From Acidobacteriota bacterium (GTDB taxonomy: Bacteria; Acidobacteriota; Terriglobia; Acidiferrales; UBA7541): a stretch of 64,000 nucleotides of DNA. Positions 27,258 to 37,700 of this stretch are shown piece after piece. The stretch is from contig PMTV01000051.1 in the NCBI GenBank assembly GCA_003167215.1, positions 368 through 64,367 of the forward strand. The letters run 5' to 3'. The first letter of the stretch is position 1. Each line of letters opens with the position of its first letter. The position numbers and the translations under genes are program-made. The notes beneath the pieces were generated by a model. The model was not told the DNA's origin. It did no database searches and saw only the letters and a program-made list of their open reading frames with translations.

Positions 27258-27548
27258 ATGACCGATCATTCATCGCACAAACCGGCACAGGATTCATCGC
27301 AAGAGCGTGTTGTAGTTGCTTATACTGCCGCCACAACCGCGGAAGCCATGGTCGTTCGCGGACTTCTTGAAAGCGCTGGCATCAGTTCGCCCGGTTCTTC
27401 TTCGAACGATCCTTTTCCGCTGCGCGAGTCGCCTGAAGGAACTCACGGCGTCGAAGTCTACGTCCTCGAGCCGCGTGCGGAAGAAGCGCGGAAGCTTATC
27501 GCGGAATACCAGAAGGGCAATCAGTCCTCCGCCGAATTCGGCGAGTAG
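27258..27548 (+). CDS. DUF2007-like small protein (putative signal-transducing fold)
   Basis: VVVAYTAATTAEAMVVRGLLESAGI...VEVYVLEPRAEEARKLI resembles the DUF2007 pattern. Confidence 0.5.
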   Translation: MTDHSSHKPAQDSSQERVVVAYTAATTAEAMVVRGLLESAGISSPGSSSNDPFPLRESPEGTHGVEVYVLEPRAEEARKLIAEYQKGNQSSAEFGE

Positions 27549-27586
27549 CGCGACTGAATACCTGAAATTCCAAAGATACGCAGTGG

Positions 27587-30229
27587 TCAGCGCGGATGCG
27601 ATTCCGCGAATGTGTGCACATCAAGAGTACTTCCATCCGTCAGCGCGGTAACTTCGCCATCGCGATCGGTGCGCAAAAACCGCACGCCGGCCCGCGCGTA
27701 ACGCGCGACGACATCCTCCGCCGGATGTCCAAACTGATTTCCTTCTCCGACCGAAACCACCGCTATGCGGGGAGCCACCGCCGCGACGAATGATTCGATC
27801 GAGGAAGTCTTGCTGCCGTGGTGCGGGACCTTCAGGAAATCCGCGGCGATCGGTGAATGATCGTTTACCAACGCGGCCTCGACTTTTTTTTCGATGTCAC
27901 CTGGAAGCAAAAAGCTCACCGCGTCATCCCTCAGCCTCATCACCAGCGAGTTGTCATTGGATGCTTGCGGCACGGCGGAAATATCCTCGGGCCAAAGCAC
28001 ATCCCCTTCAATTCCGCCGCACTGGAAATCGCTCCCGCGTTGCTTTTCGACGATTGCAACTCCGCGAGAGCGCGCCTCCGCGAGCAGCGCCTTGAATGCA
28101 GAAGTCTCCTCATCGCGTCCGATCCACAATTCTCCGACACGGAAATTCTGGAGCACGCTGCGAAGACCGTCGAGATGATCGTGGTGCGCGTGCGTAAGCG
28201 CCACCACATCGAGACTCTTGATTCCACGCGACCACAGGTATGGCGAAACGACTTCTTCGCCCACGTCTGTCCCTGAGTGATATCCGCCGATGGATTCCGA
28301 TCCCGCCTGTGCGCCTCCGTCGACCAACATCGTTCCGCCGTTGGGAAACGCGACGAAAATCGAATCGCCCTGGCCAACATCCAGGACATCCACTTCGAGT
28401 TTTCCGCGCTCAAGATTCGGCGTGAACGGATGCGACGCCACCAGCAACGTTAACGAAGCTAGAGCAAGGGCCGAAGCCCATTCCACGGGCCGAATGGGTG
28501 GAGACAACTTTCGCCAGACACTGCGGTTCAATCGGCGCGCCGCTACGTCTCGCGCGCACATCACAAGACAAAAGAATGCGATAAAGAAAGCAATCGCTAG
28601 CCACATCGGCGGTCCGGGAATTCGATACGACAACCGCGGCCAATGGCCAAACCACGTGACGGTTGAAAGCAGAAGCGCGGCACAAAGACCAAGCGCCTTC
28701 GCAAGCAGCAGCGCAAGACGCGCCCACACGAACGATGCGAGCAGCGTCGCAAATCCAAGAGGAACAATAATTGCCGTAAGCAGCACGGCGGGAATATTAC
28801 TCAGAGGCCCTGCAAGGCTCACGCGATGAAAATCCTGCGCCAGTAGCGGAAGCATCCCCCACTGAATCACAACCGAAAGCAGCACGATGTCCCACAATCG
28901 TAAGCCGACGATGACCGGCACCGAAAGTAGGTCGGTCGCGCGCGAAGCGATTCGCCGAGGCAGCCTCGCCGACAACCAGTTCGACATCGCGCGCAGATCA
29001 ATGCGAAACTGCGTCACCTTCGGCGGATATGCTCCGTCGCGTGTAACATCTCCCAGGTGCCGCAAACCCGCGCGATACGGCGCGCTGCTCCGTTCCATCC
29101 AAGGCAACGCAAGAGCCGCGATAACTCCAGCAGCGAGAAAAGAAAGTTGGAAACTCGAATCGGTGAGCGATGAAGGCTTCCAGAGCAGAATTGCCAACGC
29201 TGCCACCGAAATCGTGTTGAGTAATTCAACAGAACGAAATAGCGGGCGCGCGCATAAATAGAATGCCGCAATCAACGCAGCGCGGAGAATTGGCGGGCGA
29301 TCCTGCACGATCCCAACGTACGCGGCAAGCGCCGCGACTGTTATCAATGCAGTCGCGATCGACGGCAATCGCAAACGCCGGCCAAGCCAGTACAGAAAAA
29401 CGACCAAAGCCCCCACGTGCAGCCCCGCAACCACCAATACGTGATAGGCCGCCGTCTTCTGGAACGCAAGCACCACGTCGGAATCGACGAAGCTGCGGTC
29501 GCCCAGCAACATCGCGCGAAGCACAGCCGCACGCTCCGGTTGATCCGCGAATAGGGAATCGACGCGCGCCAGAAGATTGCCGCGCGCTCTGGCCAGCCGC
29601 TGCTGCAACGTGGGCGATGGTCGGTCGATTACCTGTAGCAATTCGCCGCTGCGCAGCGAGCCAACGGCATCAATCTTTTGCCGCGCTAGGAATCCGTGAA
29701 CGTCGAATGCACCCGGATCCAGATAATTGCGCGGCGGCCGCGCCTTCACCAGGGCTTCCACGCGGTCGCCCGCGCGCAGACCTTGCAAAGGCTCCGTCGC
29801 GCGCGGCCCGGAGTAAAAATTCACGCGCAAGCCGCCAGTCGTGGGGAGCACAACGCCCGCGGATTCCACATTCTCCAAATCTATTTCGTAGCGAAGTCCC
29901 CAGGGCAGCTTCAGTGGATCTTCGCGTAGTCGCCCGCGCCAGCGCAGCGGAACGCTCGTATCAACGGTGTCACTGGCGATCAGCCGGGAAATGTGATTCG
30001 CAGGAACGGAGGCGCGCTCCACTCCAATTGCCAGCCCTCCGAGCGCAACCCACGCGATCAATGCAAGACACCAGGCGAATGCCGCTCGCCTTCGCCAAAT
30101 CAAAATCACACCCGCGCCAATTGCCACAGTCGCAGCTGCAAACCAGACCTTCGGCGATGTCTGCCATCGGCTGGCGATGCCAATACCTGCGGCGAAGGCC
30201 GACGCGATCCACAGCGCAGGCAGTTTCAT
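27587..30229 (-). CDS. comEC: DNA internalization-related competence protein ComEC/Rec2
   Basis: 880 aa with an N-terminal polytopic competence domain and a C-terminal metallo-beta-lactamase domain (DVGQGDSIF..., ALTHAHHDHLDGL, VPHHGS). Confidence 0.85.
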   Translation of the reverse strand: MKLPALWIASAFAAGIGIASRWQTSPKVWFAAATVAIGAGVILIWRRRAAFAWCLALIAWVALGGLAIGVERASVPANHISRLIASDTVDTSVPLRWRGRLREDPLKLPWGLRYEIDLENVESAGVVLPTTGGLRVNFYSGPRATEPLQGLRAGDRVEALVKARPPRNYLDPGAFDVHGFLARQKIDAVGSLRSGELLQVIDRPSPTLQQRLARARGNLLARVDSLFADQPERAAVLRAMLLGDRSFVDSDVVLAFQKTAAYHVLVVAGLHVGALVVFLYWLGRRLRLPSIATALITVAALAAYVGIVQDRPPILRAALIAAFYLCARPLFRSVELLNTISVAALAILLWKPSSLTDSSFQLSFLAAGVIAALALPWMERSSAPYRAGLRHLGDVTRDGAYPPKVTQFRIDLRAMSNWLSARLPRRIASRATDLLSVPVIVGLRLWDIVLLSVVIQWGMLPLLAQDFHRVSLAGPLSNIPAVLLTAIIVPLGFATLLASFVWARLALLLAKALGLCAALLLSTVTWFGHWPRLSYRIPGPPMWLAIAFFIAFFCLVMCARDVAARRLNRSVWRKLSPPIRPVEWASALALASLTLLVASHPFTPNLERGKLEVDVLDVGQGDSIFVAFPNGGTMLVDGGAQAGSESIGGYHSGTDVGEEVVSPYLWSRGIKSLDVVALTHAHHDHLDGLRSVLQNFRVGELWIGRDEETSAFKALLAEARSRGVAIVEKQRGSDFQCGGIEGDVLWPEDISAVPQASNDNSLVMRLRDDAVSFLLPGDIEKKVEAALVNDHSPIAADFLKVPHHGSKTSSIESFVAAVAPRIAVVSVGEGNQFGHPAEDVVARYARAGVRFLRTDRDGEVTALTDGSTLDVHTFAESHPR

Positions 30230-31620
30230 TCGCGTCGGCGCAAACGCACGACCGTCTCCATGTGAAATGTCTGCGGGAAAAGATCGAACATATGGATTTC
30301 ACTGCATTCGTAACCCGCCTCCGCCAGCACGGCAAGATCGCGCGCCAGAGTGGGCGGTTCGCAAGAAACATATGTGATGCGCGCAGGCTGCAGTCGTCCC
30401 AGGCGTTTCGCCGCATCCGGCGCCAACCCGTCACGCGGCGGGTCGAGAACCACAAACTCCGGACGTTCCTTGTTCCGCTCCAGAAATCGTTCGACATCAG
30501 CGGTCCGAACTTCGATCGTGCTTTGCCCGCGCATGTTGACCTCAAGGTCGCGCGCAGCCGCGGGATTCGATTCGACGGCGATCACCCGTGCAAAGCGTTT
30601 CGCCAGCGGAATGGAAAACAACCCCACGCCGGCGAACAAGTCGAGAGCCAGCCGGCCATTTTCCTCATCGCACACCGTTCGCACCAGATCGTCAACGAGA
30701 AAGCGGTTAACTTGAAAAAAGGAAAAGTGGCCCACGCGATATTTCGTGCCCGCAGTTTCGGTCTCCACGAATCCCGGGCCGAACAATTCCATGCGGTCGT
30801 GGCTGGGATCGTGGAATAGAACGCTGACGGCCTCCGGCACAATGCGGCGAATCGTCTCGGCGTGCTCGGTGGCCCGCGAAGGAAACCCGGCGAAAATGGC
30901 GGTGAGCAAAAGCTTTGGCTCGACCTCAGCCGCCCCTTCGCTCCCACTTTCGTTACTGAAAGCTTCGATCTCGCGAAGTTCTCGCGGAAGCGCGCCGGAT
31001 GCCAAGGCCTGTCGTAGCCCGAGCAATGTTTTCAAAAGAAGTGGTGACAGAATCGCGCACTCCTCCACCGCGCATAGCGCCGTGGAGTTCGCGCGAAAGT
31101 ATCCGATATCGAGTTTCACAACGGTCTTGCCGACCGCTTCCGAGTTCGCCTGAGTTAAGCCACTCGTTGACTCCAACGGCGGTCGAATTTTCCACTGCGC
31201 TCGATTGCGATAGCCCCAGGGCGGTGAAGCATGCGTTTTAATCTCGCCAGTCCAGTCGATTCGGCCGATGCGCCGAAGCGTTTCGCGCAGAATGTCCGCC
31301 TTGTATTGCGCCTGGGCTTCGTAAGGGATGTGCTGGTAATTGCATCCGCCGCAAACGCCGAAATGCGGACACGGTGGCGTCGTGCGTTGCGGGGAAGCTG
31401 CCAGCAATTTGTCCACACGCGCGCGAACGAATTTCTTTTTCTGCTCGACGGGTGACACGGCGACGCGCTCCGCCGGCAGAACGAACGGAACAAATACGGT
31501 GGACCCTTCGTGATGCGCCAGGCCATCGCCACCGTAGATCAGCTTTTCGATTGTGACGTCCATTGGCGGCATGAAAGTTGAGTGCAGGCTCTGCACGGGG
31601 CGCGGAGGGTTGCTCCGCAT
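30226..31620 (-). CDS. rlmD: 23S rRNA (uracil-C5)-methyltransferase, RumA/RlmD family (TRAM + [4Fe-4S] + SAM MTase)
   Basis: The TRAM-like N-terminus is VTIEKLIYGGDGLAHHEG. The Cys cluster is CPHFGVCGGCNYQH. MTase motifs are LDLFAGVGLFS and VVLDPPRDG. The start at 31620 shares TAATG with the upstream stop, and internal ATGs at 31572 and 31563 are also possible. Confidence 0.8.
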   Translation of the reverse strand: MRSNPPRPVQSLHSTFMPPMDVTIEKLIYGGDGLAHHEGSTVFVPFVLPAERVAVSPVEQKKKFVRARVDKLLAASPQRTTPPCPHFGVCGGCNYQHIPYEAQAQYKADILRETLRRIGRIDWTGEIKTHASPPWGYRNRAQWKIRPPLESTSGLTQANSEAVGKTVVKLDIGYFRANSTALCAVEECAILSPLLLKTLLGLRQALASGALPRELREIEAFSNESGSEGAAEVEPKLLLTAIFAGFPSRATEHAETIRRIVPEAVSVLFHDPSHDRMELFGPGFVETETAGTKYRVGHFSFFQVNRFLVDDLVRTVCDEENGRLALDLFAGVGLFSIPLAKRFARVIAVESNPAAARDLEVNMRGQSTIEVRTADVERFLERNKERPEFVVLDPPRDGLAPDAAKRLGRLQPARITYVSCEPPTLARDLAVLAEAGYECSEIHMFDLFPQTFHMETVVRLRRRE

Positions 31621-32369
31621 TACGTCAGGTAAAATAAACTCAGGCGCGGCACATTCAAATGTTCGAAGAGCCGCTTCTGTATGTATTGCCGCTCGAGCTG
31701 CGCTAACTGTTCCGCGGACATCTTACGCCGGTAAGGCGCCAGCGAGCGATCCATTTCGCGCCGCACGGAAAGCAGCGCCTCTTCATCCGCATCCGCGGAA
31801 AGCGCAGCCGATAATTTCTCTTCGAGCACGGTCATCCGCCGTTCGAGATCCTCGAGATCGAGCGTGCCCGGGGAATCGAGCAATGGCAAAGCTTCTTCCA
31901 GACGTTTGGCAATTTCGTCAAAACGGGTTGCAAGCACGGGCACGGCAGTCCCCGCCTTTTCCGCAATCTCGCGTTGTTTCGCCGACGCATCGCGCAGTCG
32001 CGCGACATTGCGTTGGAGATATTTGCGCAGTTCGTCGCGCGAAAAAGGCTCCGTGCCGGGCCGGGAAGATTTCACCTCCGGGCCAGCGCCCACCGCCGCT
32101 TCCGCCGCTTCCGCCGCTGCGTCCGCGACGGCGTCGACGCAGTAGGCGAGGCTTTTCAATTGGCGTCCACCTGCCGCACGACGGGAGCGCTGCCAACTCT
32201 CAAATGCCCGGTCGATTCCTTTCAGCACCGCCGCGAGAGGGATGCCGGCCTTCTGCCAGGTTTCCACGATGGCCCAATCCAGAGGCGATACCAGCAAATG
32301 TGCTCCGCGTTTGCGCCAAAAATAATCTTCAATTTCAGTGAAGTAATTGAAATAGTTGAAGGATTCCAT
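31620..32369 (-). CDS. Hypothetical protein with DnaD-like N-terminal domain and coiled-coil C-terminus
   Basis: The N-terminus FTEIEDYFWRKRGAHLLVSPLDWAIVETWQKAGIPLAAVLKGIDRAF resembles DnaD/phage-replication-type helical domains. The C-terminal half is Glu/Leu/Arg/Ala-rich and helical. Confidence 0.55.
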   Translation of the reverse strand: MESFNYFNYFTEIEDYFWRKRGAHLLVSPLDWAIVETWQKAGIPLAAVLKGIDRAFESWQRSRRAAGGRQLKSLAYCVDAVADAAAEAAEAAVGAGPEVKSSRPGTEPFSRDELRKYLQRNVARLRDASAKQREIAEKAGTAVPVLATRFDEIAKRLEEALPLLDSPGTLDLEDLERRMTVLEEKLSAALSADADEEALLSVRREMDRSLAPYRRKMSAEQLAQLERQYIQKRLFEHLNVPRLSLFYLT

Positions 32370-32434
32370 CGCGCCGGGCTTCTGTGGTTATTTATTCTCG
32401 CATTACGAAATATTCTCAAAACGCTGCGACAAAC

Positions 32435-33262
32435 TTAGTTCTTGGTGCGTGGCGCAGCGGAGGGGTGTTTTTGCGCGGAGCCTCGCTCCTTCGCGCCGTC
32501 CTGGTTCCGCTCCCAGATGATTCGCAGCCCTTCCAGTGTCAAAAATTCGTCAATGGTTTCGATGTGGCGGGATGCCGTGCCGATCAGCGCCGCTTGCCCG
32601 CCCGTCGCGATCACTTTTGTCTTTGCGCCCATGGCCTTCTTCATGCGCTCCAGAATGCCGTCAACCAGATCGGTATACCCGTAAAAAAGGCCGGCCTGCA
32701 TGGACGCCGCCGTGTTCGTTCCGATGATTTGTCCCGGGTCTTTGATCTCCACGCGAAACAGTCTCGCCGCACGCGCGAACAGCGCTTCGGCCGAAATTCC
32801 AATGCCCGGCGCGAGCACTCCGCCCATGTATTCGCCCCGCGCCGAAACCGCGTCGAAGTTAATCGCCGTGCCGAAGTCCACGACGATGCACGGGCCGCCG
32901 TATTTCTCGAACGCCGCCACGCTATTTACAATGCGGTCCGCGCCTACCTCTTGCGGATTGTCGTAGTGCACTGGCATCCCCGTTTTAATTCCGGGTTCGA
33001 CGAATAGAGCTTTCTTGTCGAAGTACCGTTCCGCCATGCCCGCCAGCGTGGAATTCAGCGGCGGCACAACCGAACTGATAATTACTCCGCCGATTTCGCG
33101 CGGATCGAGTCCCGCCAGCGTGAATAGTTCGCGGCTTAAAATGCCGTATTCGTCGATGGTCTGATCTCGTGCGGTCGTCAATCGCCAATGGGCCGCCAGC
33201 TGCGTGGTGCGGAAGACGCCCAGCACCGTATTCGTGTTGCCAACGTCGAGTGCAAGAAGCAT
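32435..33262 (-). CDS. coaX: Type III pantothenate kinase
   Basis: [17 protein letters not shown]..., [11 protein letters not shown] and GIGISAEAL. The start shares TAATG with the birA stop. Confidence 0.9.
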   Translation of the reverse strand: MLLALDVGNTNTVLGVFRTTQLAAHWRLTTARDQTIDEYGILSRELFTLAGLDPREIGGVIISSVVPPLNSTLAGMAERYFDKKALFVEPGIKTGMPVHYDNPQEVGADRIVNSVAAFEKYGGPCIVVDFGTAINFDAVSARGEYMGGVLAPGIGISAEALFARAARLFRVEIKDPGQIIGTNTAASMQAGLFYGYTDLVDGILERMKKAMGAKTKVIATGGQAALIGTASRHIETIDEFLTLEGLRIIWERNQDGAKERGSAQKHPSAAPRTKN

Positions 33263-34263
33263 TAGGAAGCCTCCGCGACGTCGCCGGATAGCACGCTTTC
33301 GATTCCGCCGCCGTCATCGCGCATCACGCGCAACACTCCGCTGGACTCCAGGCCGGCGGTCGTGCCGGTGAAAACTTCTATAGGAGTGGTAATACGCACA
33401 CGTTTCCCCTGAAAATAGCTGGAGACTTCTGCGAAGCGGCGCAAGATCGGCCCAGCGCCTTCCGCGATAAATTGATTGTAGTAGCGGTCGAGGTGGCGCA
33501 GCAACCGAATCAGGACTTCGAGACGTGAATGAACTTTGCCCGTCTCTATGCGCAGCGACGTTGCAAAATCGGCGAGTTCCGCCGGCATTTTTGTCTGATT
33601 GACGTTGATGCCGATTCCGATCACCGCGTAGTGCATGCGGTCCGGTTCGGCGTGCATCTCCGTGAGGATGCCGGAGAACTTCCGGCCCCGCACGAGCAAA
33701 TCATTTGGCCAGCGAATGTCGGGAAGAACATCAAGCTCTTCGGCTGCGGCGTCCCGCGCGGCGAGGCCCGCCACTAGCGTGAGCAGGGGAGCGTGCGCCG
33801 GAGAAATCGGCGGGCGCATCAAAATGCTGCAATGGATTCCCGCCGATTTTTCTGAAATCCATTTGCGGCCCGCCCGGCCGCGTCCCGCAGTTTGTTCTTC
33901 CGCCAGCACCAGCGCGCCGTGCGGTTCGCCTTGTTCGCCGAGTTGCATTGCCACGGTATTGGTCGAGTCAATTTTGAAGAAGTGATAGATACGGCGTGCG
34001 AACGGAGTGCCGAATAGCCGTCGGCTCAGAAGCTGCGGGACAAGAATGTCCGGCGCGCGCTCGATATGATAGCCAGTCCGCGCATGACCCTTCACGCGAA
34101 CTCCCAATTCGCGCATCTTTTGTACCCAGCGCCAAACCTGCTGCCGTGTCACGCCGATCTCTTTGGCAATCTTTTCGCCGCTGATCACGATTGTCGAATT
34201 CTCCGTGAGCAGCGTCAACAGTGCATCGATCCGCCGGTCTGTCGTTCCCGGCAAATTAGCCAT
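33262..34263 (-). CDS. birA: Bifunctional biotin-[acetyl-CoA-carboxylase] ligase / repressor BirA
   Basis: ORF 33262..34317, with the likely ATG at 34263 ([19 protein letters not shown]). The N-terminal wHTH is [29 protein letters not shown]. The ligase motif is [14 protein letters not shown]. Confidence 0.85.
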   Translation of the reverse strand: MANLPGTTDRRIDALLTLLTENSTIVISGEKIAKEIGVTRQQVWRWVQKMRELGVRVKGHARTGYHIERAPDILVPQLLSRRLFGTPFARRIYHFFKIDSTNTVAMQLGEQGEPHGALVLAEEQTAGRGRAGRKWISEKSAGIHCSILMRPPISPAHAPLLTLVAGLAARDAAAEELDVLPDIRWPNDLLVRGRKFSGILTEMHAEPDRMHYAVIGIGINVNQTKMPAELADFATSLRIETGKVHSRLEVLIRLLRHLDRYYNQFIAEGAGPILRRFAEVSSYFQGKRVRITTPIEVFTGTTAGLESSGVLRVMRDDGGGIESVLSGDVAEAS

Positions 34264-34385
34264 TCGCTTGGTAGGCATAGGGAATCGGAAAGCATACTTG
34301 AGCGGGAGCCCGGCCACAAGCCGGACGGCGGCCGCGCCCGGGCCGACCGTAAATGCCGGTCATTCCAACAATCAGGAATTTGTGC

Positions 34386-34407
34386 TGCCATTTTCCAGAA
34401 AATGGCA
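34386..34407. promoter_or_regulatory. Perfect 9+9 bp palindrome TGCCATTTT-CCAG-AAAATGGCA in a divergent intergenic region (candidate operator)
   Basis: Read directly from the sequence. It lies 123 nt upstream of the birA ATG (34263) and 295 nt upstream of the ATG at 34702. Confidence 0.35.
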
Positions 34408-34701
34408 AATAGGTTCCTATTGGATGCTCGATAACGACACGCGGTCCGCCATGTCTTTGCCAAGTCTTGTATTGTCCTAAGGTTACGGATGCCACATAGG
34501 GGCCACCCCAACCCGTTCGGTCGTCTAAGTGCAACTGCTATCTGTGTAGTTCTGTAACGCATCGATCACGCTCAAGCCAATCCGACCGAGGCATTCGCGC
34601 ATATGAAATTTCGCTCGAGTTTCAATAGGTTAGCAAAACCGGCTCTCGAGTTCTGTATGGCACGGCAGCCCACTGCAGGTTTCGCTGCCAGACGACCCCT
34701 C

Positions 34702-37700
34702 ATGGTTGAATTCCCTGGGAGAATTCCTATTCCGATAATTTCCCGCAACGCGGTACTGTTGGTTCTCACAGCGCTCTTGATGTCGTTGCCTTCGTCCGCG
34801 CAAACAAGCATCCTCACGCAGCATTATGATACTGCTCGAACGGGCCAGAATACCGCGGAGACCGTCTTAAACCCGACGAATGTGAACTCGACGACTTTCG
34901 GGAAATTATTTTCGCTGACTGTCGATGGTTATGTGTACGCTCAACCTTTGTACGTTCCCGCTCTCGCGATTCCGGGAAACGGAACTCACAACGTTTTGTA
35001 CGTTGCTACCGAGCATGACAGTTTGTATGCATTCGACGCCGACACAGGTTCTCAGCTCTGGATGGTAAGCTTTCTCATCAACGGCGCGACCACACTTTCG
35101 ACCAGCAACGTGGGCGGCACGCAGGACATTAATCCCGAAATAGGAATTACCGGCACGCCTACGATTGATCCCACCACGAATACACTCTATATAGTCGTGA
35201 ACACATTAGAGGGCGGCAATATTATTTATCGGCTCCATGCTATCGATATCACCACGGGTGTGGAGAAATTGGGTGGTCCGGTATTCATGACTGCTTCGGT
35301 GGCAGGGACGGCTCCCGATGGCAATGGCTCTACGGTGCCATTGAACCCGCAGTGGGCGAATCAACGCCCTGGTCTTCTTCTGCTTAACGGGTTCATTTAT
35401 ATCGGGTTTTCCTCGCATGGAGACAATGGGCCTTGGCATGGCTGGCTCCTGGGCTACAACAAAACCACTTTGGCCCAAACCGGAGTGTGGTGCACTTCAC
35501 CAAATGGGAAAGGCAACGGCATATGGGGAGCCGGTTCGGGAATTGCTGCCGACGCCGCCGGAAACATCTACGTTTCCACTGGAAACGGCGATGATACGGT
35601 CACGACGCCCGCGCCTCCTCCTTCTACAACAATCGACTACGGTGACAGTATCGTACGTGTAGGTCTGACGAATGGAGTTCCCGTTCCGACGGATTACTTC
35701 ACTCCCTGGAATCAAGCCTCGCTGGACAGTGCCGATGAAGATCTGGGTTCGGGTGGAGTACTTGTGGTGCCTGATCAAACGACGGCGCCTTTTGAGCATA
35801 TTCTCATCCAGAGCGGGAAGCAGGGAGAAGTTTATGTAGTGAATCGCGACAAGATGACCAGCGATGGCAGCCACTACTGCAATGGCTGCACCAGCGATCC
35901 CGAAATTATCCAGTCTATATCAAGCGGTGCCGGACTTTGGAGTATGCCGGCATATTGGAACAGTCAGATTTATCTGTGGGGAAATGGCGGACACCTGGAA
36001 GCCTATTCGCTCACCAATGACATGCTTTCTCAATCTCCCACTTCAAAATCGGCCGAGTCAAGCAATTTCCCCGGTTCTACTCCGGTAGTGTCGTCCAACG
36101 GGACAGGCAATGGAATTGTCTGGGCCGTGGAAACCGATGCATACACTTCCAGCGGCCCTGCAATTCTTCGCGCATATAACGCGACCAATGTTTCCAACCT
36201 TCTGTACGGGTCCAATCTAACTAGCGGGCGAGATACACTCGGACCTGCAGTGAAGTTTGTGGTGCCGGTCGTCACGAACGGAAAAGTGTATGTAGGCACG
36301 CAAAAACAAGTGAATGTCTTCGGATTGTTAAGCGGAGAATCTCAAGCTGTCGCGCCCGTGTTTAGGCCGGCTGGTGGGTCTTATGGCGCTGGGCTCCAGG
36401 TGACGATGAGCAGTACAAGCCCGAGCGCCTCTATTTATTACACTACCGATGGCAGTACTCCTACGGGTGGCTCGACTCTTTACGCCGGCCCGTTGACCGT
36501 AACTGACACCACGACATTCAATGCCATCGCGATCAGCGAAGGCTTCCTTCAGAGTGCGGTGTTCACAGCGACTTATACGATTCAGGACCAAGCCGCGCCG
36601 CCTGATGTGTCGCCCTCGGCCGGCACTTACAGCTCGGCTCAATCTGTCCAACTTTCGGACACTTCCCCAACCCCGACCATCTATTACACAACCAACGGCA
36701 CTATGCCGACGCACAGCTCAACTAAGTACACGGTGCCCATCTCCGTTACTTCGACCACAACGATTACGGCGATTGCATCCTCGCCAGGCCTGAACGACAG
36801 TCCAGCCGTTACCGCGACCTTTACGATCAATCCAAATGCGGCCACCATTAATTTCGGCATGGGGTTTTCAATGCCGGGCTGCATGAAATTTAACGGATCG
36901 ACGGACCTTGATGATAGCCGCCTGCAATTGACGAACGCCGAACAGGATGAAGCTGGAAGCGCTTTCTGCACAACACCGATTAACATAACCAATTTCATAA
37001 CAGATTTTACGTTCCAACTTTCCGACGCACAGGCCGATGGCATTACGTTCACGATTCAGAACTCTGCAGCGGGTGCCAGCGCGTTGGGGCCTGCCGGCGG
37101 TGGACTGGGGTATGGTCCGGACAGCACCGGTGGAACTCCCGGAATTTCCAACAGTGTGGCCGTCAAATACGACCTATATAACAACGAGGGAGAAGGCGAC
37201 GACTCTACCGGACTCTATACGAACGGAGCGTCGCCCACGGTTCCTGCCACCGATATGACTTCATCCGGGGTGATTCTGAATAGCGGCGATACCATGTCCG
37301 TCCACATCACCTACGACGGGACGACCCTGGCTATGACGATCACTGACAGCACCGTGAACGCGACGTTCTCAACCAGCTGGCCGATCAATATTCCGCAGAC
37401 CATCGGCGGAAACACTGCGTTTGTCGGTTTTACCGGCGGAACCGGTGGGGAAACGGCTAGCCAGAAAATAGAAACCTGGACCTTCGCATCCACGCCTCCG
37501 TCGCAATGGGTAATTCAATCCACTGCCGTATCGCCTAATGCTGCCCCGTATACCACTGCAGTTCCGGGATCGACAGCGCCGCTTGGCGAGCAAAACCTTT
37601 TCATCATTTTTGACACATCCAATCCGGGTGTGCTTGCCACTCTCGGTTCGCCCAATATTTTGAGTTCAACCGATTCGTTGGATTCAATTGACGGAGGTTT

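Noticed and set aside
29263-30819. 518-aa plus-strand ORF spanning the comEC/rlmD junction
   Set aside because: It is antisense to two strongly supported genes. Its composition is extremely Arg/Pro/Ala/Ser-rich (…RRAPLQLPALRAQPTRS…), with no recognisable domain. This is a shadow ORF.
34403-34417. Sigma-54-like promoter TGGCAA-N5-TTCC overlapping the right arm of the palindrome
   Set aside because: The -12 element lacks the conserved GC (TTCC instead of TTGC), and it lies ~290 nt from the nearest downstream start. The match is too weak to call.
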